Positions 1 to 8,696 are shown, counted from the first letter of the stretch. The stretch is 32,000 nt of DNA from Mucisphaera calidilacus (GCF_007748075.1 NZ_CP036280.1:450001-482000); one strand, 5' to 3'. Made by a program: numbers and translations. Notes: generated by a model from the letters alone, not told the origin.

Positions 1-1
1 G

Positions 2-337
2 ATCCCTTCCATCCAGGCTGATGTCGTGGACCACGACGAACTCCAGACCGGTGAGCGACGCGAGGGCGCCTTCGCCTCCATCTTCTCGTGGACCCTCAAG
101 CTCGGACTGTCGCTGGCGTACGGGCTGTCGGGACCGATACTCGCGATGACCGGTTTTGACATCGAGTTGGAGTCCAATCAGGCAGAAGGCGTGATGCTGA
201 ATCTCCGCCTTGCGTTCTGCCTGGTGCCGACAATCGCGATGCTGGTCACGGCCTACTTGCTCTATATCTTCCCGCTGACGCCGGCGCGGTCGGCAGAGAT
301 CCGTGAGCAGCTCGAGGCTCGGCGTGGGAAGGTCTGA
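2..337 (+). CDS. C-terminal fragment of a GPH-family (glycoside-pentoside-hexuronide:cation symporter, MelB/XylP-like) sugar transporter; the 5' end lies outside the window
   Basis: The frame is open from position 2 with no upstream stop. The sequence ...DHDELQTGERREGAFASIFSWTLKLGLSLAYG... followed by hydrophobic helices is typical of the GPH loop and last TM segments. Stop at 335-337. Confidence 0.65.
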   Translation: MPSIQADVVDHDELQTGERREGAFASIFSWTLKLGLSLAYGLSGPILAMTGFDIELESNQAEGVMLNLRLAFCLVPTIAMLVTAYLLYIFPLTPARSAEIREQLEARRGKV

Positions 338-347
338 CTCGACGACG

Positions 348-1049
348 ATGTTTGAGGTTGACGGCGTACGACTGGCGGCCCGTTGGCTGGGCCGCCGCGA
401 GCAACCCGCAGACGCTCGTCTGTTGTTCGCGGTTCACGGAACGGGCGGTTGCGGGGACGAACTCATGGCGGAGCTGAGACCGTCGCTGGATGTGATCGAG
501 CGTCCAACGCTGGTGGTTTGCCCGAGTTTCGAGACGCCTTATCAGTACCTCGTGGATGATCTCGGGACACGCGTTTCGGGGTTGATGTCGGGGCTGCGTG
601 AACGCTTTGACCTGGCCGCGGGGAGCGTGCTGTTCGGTTTCTCGGGAGGCGCGCAGTTCGTGCACCGGTACGCCTTGCGTTACCCCGATGGCGTCTCGGG
701 GTGTGTGGCGTTGGCCGCGGGTTGCTGGACGCTGCTGTCGGGGCAGGCGATCGGGATGCAGGTGGACGAGGGGTGGTTTGAGCGGACGCCCTGGTCTATG
801 CCGGAGGTGCTGCGGTCGAGGGATCACGCCGTGAGGCTGACCGATCGGCATCGTTCGACGTATTGGGTGGTCGGTTGTGGCTCGGAGGACCACCCGAGTC
901 GGATCGAGAGCGCGGAGCGTTTCAGGAAGTCGCTGGTCGGCGCGGGACTGCTCGCCAAAGGGTGCACGTGGTCGGGCGGGCACGACCTGCCCGGAGCAGA
1001 GCACCTCGGACCTGTGCTGAAACAGGTGCTGAGCGACGCCTGTCAGTAG
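348..1049 (+). CDS. alpha/beta-hydrolase fold esterase (putative carbohydrate esterase), no signal peptide
   Basis: GxSxG nucleophile elbow in FGFSGGAQF, HGTGG oxyanion-type motif, and a C-terminal GGHD histidine. I chose the ATG at 348, just after the upstream stop; the track ORF begins at 303 and overlaps the transporter. Confidence 0.65.
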   Translation: MFEVDGVRLAARWLGRREQPADARLLFAVHGTGGCGDELMAELRPSLDVIERPTLVVCPSFETPYQYLVDDLGTRVSGLMSGLRERFDLAAGSVLFGFSGGAQFVHRYALRYPDGVSGCVALAAGCWTLLSGQAIGMQVDEGWFERTPWSMPEVLRSRDHAVRLTDRHRSTYWVVGCGSEDHPSRIESAERFRKSLVGAGLLAKGCTWSGGHDLPGAEHLGPVLKQVLSDACQ

Positions 1050-2467
1050 GGCCAGACGCGTGGGGCGGGACGCTCTTTCTCCAGAAGCCGGAGCGCGAGG
1101 CGATGCCGCATCGCAGCAAGTGTTTCACGAGCGTCGGGATCCCGGCTGATGTCGTGGTACTCGCCGTGCTCCGCGTTCACGTCGTAGAGCTCCTCGCTGC
1201 CGTCGCGGTGGAGCAGATAACGGTGATTACGGGTGCGGAGGTGTTTCCACTCGGCGTCTTCGCAGAGCGCGGATTCGCTGGGGTCCGATTCGGCGGGGTG
1301 CCGTTGCAGGAGGCTGAGTCGTGAGCAGCCTTCGGCCTGCGGCGGAGTCGGGACGGCGAGCCAGTCGGTGATGGTCGGAAAGATGTCGACGGCTTCGATG
1401 ATGGTGTCAACGGCGGACGGTCCCGGAGCGACGCCCGGGCCGGCCATGATGCAGGGGACACGGAGAACGCAGTCGGGTGCCGGGTACCCCTTGCCCCAGC
1501 GAAGGTGCTCTCCCAGAAACTCGCCGTGGTCGCTGGTGAAGATCACCAGTGTGTTGTCGCTGAGGCCCCCGGCGTCGAGGGCATCGATGATCTGTCCGAC
1601 GTAGTGGTCGACCTCGCTGATCATGGCGTAGTAGCCGCGCATCGCCTGCACGAGGTAGTCGTCGTCCCAGCCGCGTGCTTTTCGTTCGGCGTCCTCGGCT
1701 TCCGGGAAGCAGGGGGGGGTGATGGACCGGTCGGCGTAGAGATCGAGGAAGCGCTGGGGCGCGACGAGCGGGCTGTGGGGGTTGTAGAAGCTGCTGATGC
1801 AGAAGAAGGGTTCGCGGTCGCTGGCGCGTCGCCGGAGGTAATCGATGGAACGTTCGGCGACGAACGCGCTGTGGGTGGAATCGTCAGACCCCTCGTAGAC
1901 GCGTGTGCGGTAGGGGTCGAGGTTCTCCGGGTGTCGGATGCCGTCGTCCTGACCCAAGACACGCTGCCACGCCTCCCAGGCCGGCGGGTGCGCAACCTGC
2001 GCTGAGGCCTCAAGGTCGTCGGGGTGATGCCGCTGGACCCAGGCGCGGTAGGCGTCGGGGTAGACACCCGGTTCGTCAGAGATCTCGGCGTGCTCAAAGC
2101 CGTAGGCGGGATGGGCCTCGCGGTGGTCGCGGTTGGCGTGGGGAAGGAAGTGGAGCTTGCCGATGTTGGCGGTGCGGTAGCCGAAGCGCGCGAGGACACA
2201 CGAGAGCACCTCGGCGTCCTCGGGCACCGGGACACCCATGTGCGTGACGCCCAGACTCGACGGATACCGGCCCGACAGCATGCTGTAGCGCGACGGCATG
2301 CAGAGCGGGTGCTGCACGAAGCAGTGCGAGAAACGCGTTCCACGCACCGCCAAAGCGTCAAGGTTCGGCGTCTGAACAACCGGATGACCCGCACACCCCA
2401 GAGCGTCGTACCGCCACTGGTCGGTGTAGATGAGGAGGACATTACGGTTGGGGCGTGTTGCGATCAT
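1043..2467 (-). CDS. Cys-type (formylglycine-dependent) sulfatase, leaderless
   Basis: NVLLIYTDQWRYDALG metal-binding N-terminus and the C-x-P-x-R signature in PLCMPSRYSMLSGRY. Downstream motifs are FTSDHGE and GKG. I chose the start at M44 (ATG 2467), 16 nt after the GH130 stop; the longer track ORF would overlap GH130. No signal peptide (MIATRPNRNVLL...). Confidence 0.9.
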   Translation of the reverse strand: MIATRPNRNVLLIYTDQWRYDALGCAGHPVVQTPNLDALAVRGTRFSHCFVQHPLCMPSRYSMLSGRYPSSLGVTHMGVPVPEDAEVLSCVLARFGYRTANIGKLHFLPHANRDHREAHPAYGFEHAEISDEPGVYPDAYRAWVQRHHPDDLEASAQVAHPPAWEAWQRVLGQDDGIRHPENLDPYRTRVYEGSDDSTHSAFVAERSIDYLRRRASDREPFFCISSFYNPHSPLVAPQRFLDLYADRSITPPCFPEAEDAERKARGWDDDYLVQAMRGYYAMISEVDHYVGQIIDALDAGGLSDNTLVIFTSDHGEFLGEHLRWGKGYPAPDCVLRVPCIMAGPGVAPGPSAVDTIIEAVDIFPTITDWLAVPTPPQAEGCSRLSLLQRHPAESDPSESALCEDAEWKHLRTRNHRYLLHRDGSEELYDVNAEHGEYHDISRDPDARETLAAMRHRLALRLLEKERPAPRVWPY

Positions 2468-2483
2468 GTCGATCTCGTGGTGC

Positions 2484-3422
2484 TTACGGCTCGTCGCAGA
2501 TGGCGAGCAGCCGGTCGATGGTGGTGAAGCCCACGCACTGCACCGTGTCCGCACCACCGTAATACACCTTGATCGAACCGTCATCCTCGACGACACACCC
2601 GGCGGTGAAGACGACGCTGGGCGTCTGGCCGTGGAGCTCGTAATCCATCGTCGGCGTCAGGATCGGCTTGCGACTCAGCTTGATGATCTTCGACGGGTCG
2701 TTGAGGTCGTGGAGGCAGACGCCGAGCTGGTAGATGAGGTGTGCCTTGGCCTGACTACGCACGCCGTGGAAAATGTTGAGCCACCCCTGATCGGTCTTGA
2801 TGGGCACGGCACCGGCGCCGACCTTGCTCCACGCCCAGGGAACGTCCGACTTCGGCATGATGCAGTCGCCACGCCCCCAGTGGATCAGGTCCGGCGAATA
2901 GCTGATCCACATGTCGCCCGAGTCCCACGTCGTCAGCGGACGGTCGAGACGGACGTACAGATCGTTGAACTTCTCGGGGAAGAGAACGCAGTTGCGGTTG
3001 CCCGCGTCGGTGACGAAGCCGTGCCACGTGAAGGTCTCGAAGTCCTTCGTGCTCTGCAGGGCGCCGCGGCAGTCGTACCGGCTGTGGGCCGCGTGCATGA
3101 GGTAATACGTATCGCCGATCTGCGTAACACGGGGGTCATAGATATTGATCTCGGCGTACTTCTGGTAGTCGGCGTCCTGCTCGGGCATGGGGATGGGCTT
3201 GGGACGCGGCGTGAAGATCAGCCCGTCGTCGCTCTCCGCAATCCAGAAGTAAGCCTTCAGACCCGCGTCCTCGCAACGACACACCATCAGGTACTTCCCT
3301 CGGTACTTGATGATGCCCGAGTTGAAGACGTGGATGATGTGGTACGCGTCCGGGAAATCCTTCCCGGTCAGGATCGGGTTGCCCTCGTAGCGTTCGACGA
3401 CGTTGTAATTATGGAAGCGCAT
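2484..3422 (-). CDS. GH130 family glycoside phosphorylase/hydrolase (beta-mannoside phosphorylase-like)
   Basis: Family-typical segments: NPILTG, VFNSGIIKYRGKYLMVCR, YDPRVTQIGDTYYL, NRNCVLFPEKFNDLYVRLDRP, KVGAGAVPIKTDQGWLNIFHGV, YYGGADT. GAGGAAA RBS upstream of the ATG at 3422. Confidence 0.88.
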   Translation of the reverse strand: MRFHNYNVVERYEGNPILTGKDFPDAYHIIHVFNSGIIKYRGKYLMVCRCEDAGLKAYFWIAESDDGLIFTPRPKPIPMPEQDADYQKYAEINIYDPRVTQIGDTYYLMHAAHSRYDCRGALQSTKDFETFTWHGFVTDAGNRNCVLFPEKFNDLYVRLDRPLTTWDSGDMWISYSPDLIHWGRGDCIMPKSDVPWAWSKVGAGAVPIKTDQGWLNIFHGVRSQAKAHLIYQLGVCLHDLNDPSKIIKLSRKPILTPTMDYELHGQTPSVVFTAGCVVEDDGSIKVYYGGADTVQCVGFTTIDRLLAICDEP

Positions 3423-3443
3423 GCGGTTTCCTCGGTTGGTCGG

Positions 3444-5459
3444 TCAGGCGTAGTTCAGTTCGACCATCTGGTGGCCATCGATGACCGGCACGGTCATGGC
3501 GATCGTCGTGTCCACTTGCGTGATCTCGAGGGGCTGGTCCTGAGGGACGAGTCGGGCTGATTTCACCGCGCGGTCGGGGGTGAGCGTGAAGGTACGGTTG
3601 TAGAGAGGGATCTTGTCCTCGACGACATCGAAACGCTCACCGCGCCGCTCGGGGATGTAGTGCTGCAGGTGCAGGACGAGTCGCTGCTGATCGGACTGCT
3701 CGTTGAGGGTTGCGATCAGACTCGACGGCCCGTCGTGACGGACGAGACGCGTGGGCATGAGCAGATCGATCGCGTTGCGGACCAGTCGCTTGACCCAGCG
3801 GCAAGCCTCGTAGTCGTACATGCGGAACACAGGATGGGCGAAGTAGATGACCGATCCGCTGCGGATGACGGAGGGATAGACAAACTCGCCGCTCGTCGGT
3901 GCGTACTGATGCGAACAGAAGTGCTCACGCGTCCGGTTGAAGTAAGGCCGCTCGGTGCGGGCAAGGACTTCGGCACCGGCCTCGGGCTTGACCTCCATAG
4001 CGGTCTGGATCATGACGTAGCGCGTGTCGGCCAGCCCCTCGCGGAGCGGTGCTTCGGGCCGGAGGAAGTCGGGGCAGAAGGGCGCTTCGCCGACGAGGGT
4101 GGCGTTGAGACCGAGATCGGCGAAGGCGTCGCCCTCGGGCGTGAGACCGGAGCGGTGGCTAAGCAGGAGTGACCCGCCCTGAGCCACATAAGCCTTGAGC
4201 TTCTTCGCCAGCTCGGGACTCACGGGGATCTCGTCGGGGAGGACGACGAGCTTGTAGGGAGAAAAGTCACGGTCGGAGGAGACCATGTCAAACTGATGCC
4301 CCAGCTCCTGAAGCATCCGGACGACGCCGAAGTCGGTGCGTCCCTGAGACTCTTCCTGGTCGTGGAAGACCCCCTCGCCGCGTTGGAATTCCTCGGGGAT
4401 CATGACGGCGATGTCGGTGACGGGGCTGGCGTCGTGGCACCAGGGTTCTTTCTCCTCGATCTGTTCGAAGACGCCTCCAATAAGCTCGTAGGTGGTCGGG
4501 TCCAGCACGCCGCGAGGCGGGAGCTGATCGCCGATGCACGTGGTTGCGCCGAGGGCGAGCATGTTGAAGACCTCGAACTCAAGCGAGGCCTCGTTCTTGT
4601 AGCCGTGGAAATCGCCCCACGAGGAGTGGAACTTCCCGGTCATCCCGAGGGTGGGAAGTCCGAGTCCGCGAGCGTAGCGTTGCGCGACCGGAAAGTGCAT
4701 GTAACCCCACCCGCCGCCGGGCAGGGATTCCAGCTCGAAGTGGGTGTAGGCCTCTTTGCAGTCGCGGTGCCGGGGACCGACGTGACCGGCGTTGTAGAAA
4801 ATGGTGCAGTCTTCGTTGTACTCGGGCAGGGAGCGGACGAACTCGGTCATGCGTGACTTGAAGCGTCGGATGACTTCGCGCGAGTAACGCGTGCGGTCCT
4901 CGGCCCGTTCGACATCCAGCCCTTCGCGGTCCATGGCATCGAGCCAGTGTTTGGCGTACGAGAAGTAGGGGACGACGATGTCGAACCAGAGCCCGTCGAC
5001 GGGCATGGTGGCGAGGACCTCGCGGACGTGGTTCTCAAGGAATTCGATGTAGCTCGGGTGTGAAACATCGAGCCGCCGGTAGAAGCCGGCCTCCATGGGA
5101 CCATTGCCGTACGGCTTGGCGTTCTCGTCGATGAGCAGCCAGTCGCGGTGCTCGTCCGAGGTAAACTGGTCCCACTGAACCGTGATGTAGATGGGGGCGC
5201 GGATGCCTTGCTTGTGGCACGCCTCAATCTGCTCGGGCAGCAGGTTCGGACGCTCGAGATGGGGGTGGATCCGCTCAGGGTTCACCTTCGAGGGGTAGTA
5301 GACATACCCATGGTGGCACCGCGCAAACAGGTTGATCGAGCTGACGTGCGCCTGCTTCAGGGTCCTGGCGAAGTCGGCGGGGTCGAAATCGGCACCGATG
5401 CCCTCAATGTCGGGTGAGGTGTGGAAATCGAGGTGGATATGTCGGTAGCTGAGTTTCAT
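3444..5459 (-). CDS. GHL6-type putative glycoside hydrolase with a C-terminal GH42M-like (beta-galactosidase trimerisation / class-I GATase-like) domain, leaderless
   Basis: N-terminal YRHIHLDFHTSPDIEGIG... TIM-barrel signature of the hypothetical glycosyl hydrolase 6 family. A later segment, KLVVLPDEIPVSPELAKKLKAYVAQGGSLLLSH, resembles GH42 middle domains. Start taken at M47 (ATG 5459); the upstream 46 codons look non-coding. Confidence 0.75.
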   Translation of the reverse strand: MKLSYRHIHLDFHTSPDIEGIGADFDPADFARTLKQAHVSSINLFARCHHGYVYYPSKVNPERIHPHLERPNLLPEQIEACHKQGIRAPIYITVQWDQFTSDEHRDWLLIDENAKPYGNGPMEAGFYRRLDVSHPSYIEFLENHVREVLATMPVDGLWFDIVVPYFSYAKHWLDAMDREGLDVERAEDRTRYSREVIRRFKSRMTEFVRSLPEYNEDCTIFYNAGHVGPRHRDCKEAYTHFELESLPGGGWGYMHFPVAQRYARGLGLPTLGMTGKFHSSWGDFHGYKNEASLEFEVFNMLALGATTCIGDQLPPRGVLDPTTYELIGGVFEQIEEKEPWCHDASPVTDIAVMIPEEFQRGEGVFHDQEESQGRTDFGVVRMLQELGHQFDMVSSDRDFSPYKLVVLPDEIPVSPELAKKLKAYVAQGGSLLLSHRSGLTPEGDAFADLGLNATLVGEAPFCPDFLRPEAPLREGLADTRYVMIQTAMEVKPEAGAEVLARTERPYFNRTREHFCSHQYAPTSGEFVYPSVIRSGSVIYFAHPVFRMYDYEACRWVKRLVRNAIDLLMPTRLVRHDGPSSLIATLNEQSDQQRLVLHLQHYIPERRGERFDVVEDKIPLYNRTFTLTPDRAVKSARLVPQDQPLEITQVDTTIAMTVPVIDGHQMVELNYA

Positions 5460-5576
5460 GGCGATCCTGACGGGGTAAAACTGAATACTGGCCAGTGAAT
5501 CTTGTTCGATTGATGCGTGACTCGGGCCTGAAAAAAGTCCTTGCATCGCGGTCGTGAGAGTGTACACTACCAAAAG

Positions 5577-5618
5577 TTCAACGATAAACAAACTCATCGT
5601 TGAATTAGTTAATCGTTG
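5577..5618. promoter_or_regulatory. candidate operator: perfect 9-bp inverted repeat TTCAACGAT-N10-ATCGTTGAA plus a third AATCGTTG copy, in the divergent GHL6/LacI intergenic region
   Basis: Read directly: TTCAACGAT 5577-5585, ATCGTTGAA 5596-5604, AATCGTTG 5611-5618. The site lies in the AT-richer 204-bp divergent intergenic region beside a LacI-family gene. Confidence 0.4.
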
Positions 5619-5663
5619 TCAGACTCGCAGGTTTTCGCTCATCGGATCTCACTCGAGGCTTGC

Positions 5664-6722
5664 ATGGCCACCCTTCAAGACATCGCAGACGTCGTTGGCG
5701 TTTCAACCGTGACGGTCTCCAAAGTCCTTCGCGGCAAAGTGAAAGGAAGCTGGCCGCGGTCGGCAGCGCAAGTCAAGCGTATTCATCAAGTTGCAGATGA
5801 ACTCGGCTACCGCGTCGACTGGCGCGCCCGGGCCCTCAAGAACAAGCGGACGCAGATGATTGGCATTCTCAGCACCGACAAGCCCGAGACCCGGACGCAT
5901 GATCAGCAGATGCTTGATGGCCTGATCGCGACCCTGGGCGAGGCGGGTTACCACCTCGTCTTCGTCCGAATCCGCAAGGGCGCACGCGGCCGCGATTTCG
6001 CGGACGCTCGTTTCGACGGGCTGGTGATCGATTACCACATCGAGAGCGAAGAGCTCGAGATGATCCATCAGGCGAAGCTGCCCGCGGTCATCATCAACGC
6101 CCCCGCGACGCCCGGCACGCTCTCGGTGATGCCGGATCACCGGCTGGCCGGTGCCCTGGCGGCTCGCCACGCTCTGCAACTCGGCCACCGGAGGCTGGGT
6201 TTTATTCAGGCATCCGGTTCGGAGCAGATCCGCTGGCCCAACCACATGGTCAACATGTGGCGCGAGGGCATCGACGCCGAACTGCGCGACGCGGGGATCA
6301 GCGGCGGCATCGTGGACCTCTCGCCGCAGACGGACGAGATTGCCGGCGAGGGGGGGTATCTCTCCATGCTCCGTGAGGTGTTGTCCAGCGAGGATCGGCC
6401 GACGTTCCTGATCGGCAACAACCCCTACCGCACCGTGGAGTGCACGCTCCAGCAGCTCGCGTCCCTCGGGCTCAGCTGCCCCGATGACCTCAGCGTGCTG
6501 TCGATGGGCGATGAAGGCTCGCTCCGGTGGTGCCAGCCGACCGTGTCAAGCATCCGGCTGCCCTACGCAACGCTCGGGAAGACGGCGGCTCAGGTCTTGC
6601 TCAGACAGATCGAGGAGGGTGCGTCGGGGCAGGACGAAGAATTGATTCTTGAAGAAAAGCCCGGGCTGGTCGTGCGGGATTCAACCCGCCGAGCACCCGA
6701 ACAGGTCAGGACCGCTCGCTGA
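5664..6722 (+). CDS. LacI-family transcriptional regulator
   Basis: N-terminal HTH ATLQDIADVVGVSTVTVSKVLRG followed by a periplasmic-binding-protein-like sugar-binding core. ATG at 5664 chosen; the track start at 5616 is TTG. Confidence 0.9.
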   Translation: MATLQDIADVVGVSTVTVSKVLRGKVKGSWPRSAAQVKRIHQVADELGYRVDWRARALKNKRTQMIGILSTDKPETRTHDQQMLDGLIATLGEAGYHLVFVRIRKGARGRDFADARFDGLVIDYHIESEELEMIHQAKLPAVIINAPATPGTLSVMPDHRLAGALAARHALQLGHRRLGFIQASGSEQIRWPNHMVNMWREGIDAELRDAGISGGIVDLSPQTDEIAGEGGYLSMLREVLSSEDRPTFLIGNNPYRTVECTLQQLASLGLSCPDDLSVLSMGDEGSLRWCQPTVSSIRLPYATLGKTAAQVLLRQIEEGASGQDEELILEEKPGLVVRDSTRRAPEQVRTAR

Positions 6723-6843
6723 ATCCGAGCGGATCATCGTGTTCAGTCAGCTCGAGTCACACGCGTTGTGTCGGCTCGGATCGGAGTCACTTGTGGATCG
6801 CATCGTTTCACATCGAGAACCTGGTTCTCAGGAGGAGAAAGCT

Positions 6844-7485
6844 ATGTTGAAGAGAATCCTTGCCCCCTCATTGTTGGCCGCATTGGCCATCGTGCCCGTT
6901 GCGTCGGGCGCGGCACTCTACTCGTTTGAAGACCTCCCCGTCGGCAGTCCGGCCGCCGGCAACGGCCTGATTGTTGACAGCGGCGACGGTATCACCGATG
7001 GCGTTCAGGCGCTGAGACTGTCGGACTCGTCCGGCTGGTACGACAAGCTCGGCCACGTCCGGCTCGATGGCCTGATCGATCCCGCTACGCCGGTGAGCAT
7101 GTTCACGGTCGACTGGTATTTCGAGGCGGGACCGAACAGTGCCGGCAGCTACAACGGCCTGACAGCGGCCTTCTTCAACCAGACCACGAGCACCTTCCTC
7201 CAGCTCAACAACGTGACGGGGCAGTACATCGGGTCGGACGCCGGCGCAAACGGCGCATACACCCCGGTCTACAACCTGAGCGCTGCCGAGCAGAGCTTCC
7301 TCATGGGGGCCTTGCAATCGGGCGAGGCGATCGCCTTCGAGCTGTATTCCAACAAAGACGGCAGCGGCGTGAACGGGACCTACACCGTCGACAACATCCG
7401 GTTTGACGGCGCCCTGGTGCCGACTCCTACCGCTGCGTCGATGACGCTGCTGGGGCTTGCCGGGATGGCGCTTCGCCGCCGCTGA
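6844..7485 (+). CDS. secreted PEP-CTERM-type (PTP variant) anchored protein carrying one copy of an unassigned ~170-aa lectin-like domain
   Basis: AGGAGGAG RBS at 6830-6837 and ATG at 6844. Signal peptide [24 protein letters not shown]-terminus [22 protein letters not shown] (P-x-P, hydrophobic helix, Arg cluster). The domain is paralogous to two domains in the 8697-10067 protein. Confidence 0.8.
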   Translation: MLKRILAPSLLAALAIVPVASGAALYSFEDLPVGSPAAGNGLIVDSGDGITDGVQALRLSDSSGWYDKLGHVRLDGLIDPATPVSMFTVDWYFEAGPNSAGSYNGLTAAFFNQTTSTFLQLNNVTGQYIGSDAGANGAYTPVYNLSAAEQSFLMGALQSGEAIAFELYSNKDGSGVNGTYTVDNIRFDGALVPTPTAASMTLLGLAGMALRRR

Positions 7486-7500
7486 ACACGTTCTTCTCCC

Positions 7501-7530
7501 CCGCCTGCCGGATCAGCGTCCGGCGGGCGG
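7501..7530 (+). terminator. strong GC-rich hairpin (12-bp stem with one G-U, 6-nt loop) downstream of the PEP-CTERM gene; possible terminator, attenuator or RNA stabiliser without a U-tract
   Basis: CCGCCTGCCGGA tcagcg TCCGGCGGGCGG read directly, 16 nt after the stop codon. No T-run follows, so this is not a canonical intrinsic terminator. Confidence 0.35.
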
Positions 7531-7604
7531 CTTCGAGGTCCTGTCGAGGCACGGGACGCCACGAGCCACACAAGCGCCGCATGCGGCGCCGGACGGAGTC
7601 TGAC

Positions 7605-8510
7605 ATGAAAACCACAGGTCGTGCCTTCACGCTCATCGAGCTTCTTGTCGTTATCTCGATCATCGCGTTGCTGATCGGCATCCTCCTGCCGGCACTCGGC
7701 GCGGCACGCGAGACGGCTCGAAGGGCGGCGTGCATGAGCAACGTCCGCCAGCTCAACGTCGGCTGCATGACCTACGCCGCCGACCACGATGACTACGTCC
7801 CCTACAACTCGATGGGCGGTGCCTGGGGCCTGACCACCGGCGAGATGCTGACGTTCGACGACCTGATCGCCGAGTACATCGGCAACGCCATGCCCGAGAA
7901 CATCAAGAGGCTGCCGAACCTCAGCTTCGATCCGGCACAGCAGTATCAGGCGCCGATCCTCGCCTGCCCGTCGGACGACATCGAGCGGTACCCCGACAGC
8001 AGCCGCGACTACGGCATCCGCAGCTACCTGATGGTGACCGGCACGGAGGACCTCGAATCAACGAGCACCACGCACAAGGTGTTCCTCGGCGTGGCGGGCA
8101 GCCTGTGGGGACCGAACACCCCGGGCCTGCGTGTCTGGCAGGGCAACCTCTCGTCCAACATCCAGTCTCCTTCCAACACCCTCATGCTCAGCGAGCAGCA
8201 CAACGACCTCAACGTGCCCGGCGGAAACGAGGGCGACTCCAACTGGCTGCGCAACCCGAGCTGGCAGTACTTTAACCGCCGACTCTCCACCTCGGGGCCC
8301 TCGAACCCCGTGGAGCACCTGCCTCACGGTGGCGGGAACATCGGCGATCCGCTCGATCAGGTCAACGGCAACTTCGCCTATGCCTACGCCGATGGCCACG
8401 CCAAGATGCAGGGCGCCCGCGAGACCTACGACGACGAGGCGATGAAAGACACGCCCATCCTGCCCTACACCAACGTCGGCGGCGACTGGACCCGCAAGAC
8501 AGGGGACTAA
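7605..8510 (+). CDS. DUF1559-type protein with a prepilin-type N-terminal cleavage/methylation domain (pseudopilin-like), copy 1
   Basis: MKTTGRA|[43 protein letters not shown], with Glu at +5. C-terminal ...[12 protein letters not shown] motif is typical of the family. GGAG RBS at 7595-7598. Confidence 0.9.
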   Translation: MKTTGRAFTLIELLVVISIIALLIGILLPALGAARETARRAACMSNVRQLNVGCMTYAADHDDYVPYNSMGGAWGLTTGEMLTFDDLIAEYIGNAMPENIKRLPNLSFDPAQQYQAPILACPSDDIERYPDSSRDYGIRSYLMVTGTEDLESTSTTHKVFLGVAGSLWGPNTPGLRVWQGNLSSNIQSPSNTLMLSEQHNDLNVPGGNEGDSNWLRNPSWQYFNRRLSTSGPSNPVEHLPHGGGNIGDPLDQVNGNFAYAYADGHAKMQGARETYDDEAMKDTPILPYTNVGGDWTRKTGD

Positions 8511-8696
8511 CAAAGATGGCGTAAAGCCATGTCAGTAGTGTTTGATTTGGGTACGCGTTGCCGGTCGTGCGGTTCTCAAGACCTCGGGCCCGCATGAGAT
8601 TCAGAGCGGGGCGCGTCCGTCGGACGCGTCTCAAGAAACAACCGATTCACCGTTGGCCGCGTATCGGCCGACAGGCTCTTCACCAGGAGGATTCAC

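Noticed and set aside
246-1004. 252-aa - strand ORF, plus similar long shadow ORFs at 1621-2442, 15802-16620, 18841-19770, 26737-27654, 31078-31776 and 31103-31912
   Set aside because: All overlap confidently assigned genes on the opposite strand or in another frame. They are dominated by Arg/Pro/Ala/Ser/Gly and lack RBS or family motifs. They are GC-composition artefacts.
2430-3560. 376-aa ORF on the + strand, antisense to GH130 and the end of GHL6
   Set aside because: It lies entirely antisense to ORFs with clear family signatures. Its composition is Arg/Val/Asp/Gly-rich, as expected from reading a GC-rich gene backwards, and it has no recognisable motifs.
6649-6843. Upstream extension of the first PEP-CTERM ORF (track start 6649), overlapping the LacI-family gene end
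   Set aside because: The extension has no signal-peptide character. A strong AGGAGGAG RBS precedes the ATG at 6844, and a canonical signal peptide follows it immediately.
8608-8632. Hairpin GGGGCGCGTCC-gtc-GGACGCGTCTC in the 8511-8696 intergenic region, considered as a terminator
   Set aside because: The stem is real (7 Watson-Crick pairs plus G-U and G-C extensions). However, no T-tract follows and it lies about 100 nt downstream of the stop. A weaker hairpin with a T-rich tail (ATGGC-gtaaa-GCCAT, 8516-8530) is closer to the stop. Neither is convincing enough to list as a feature.
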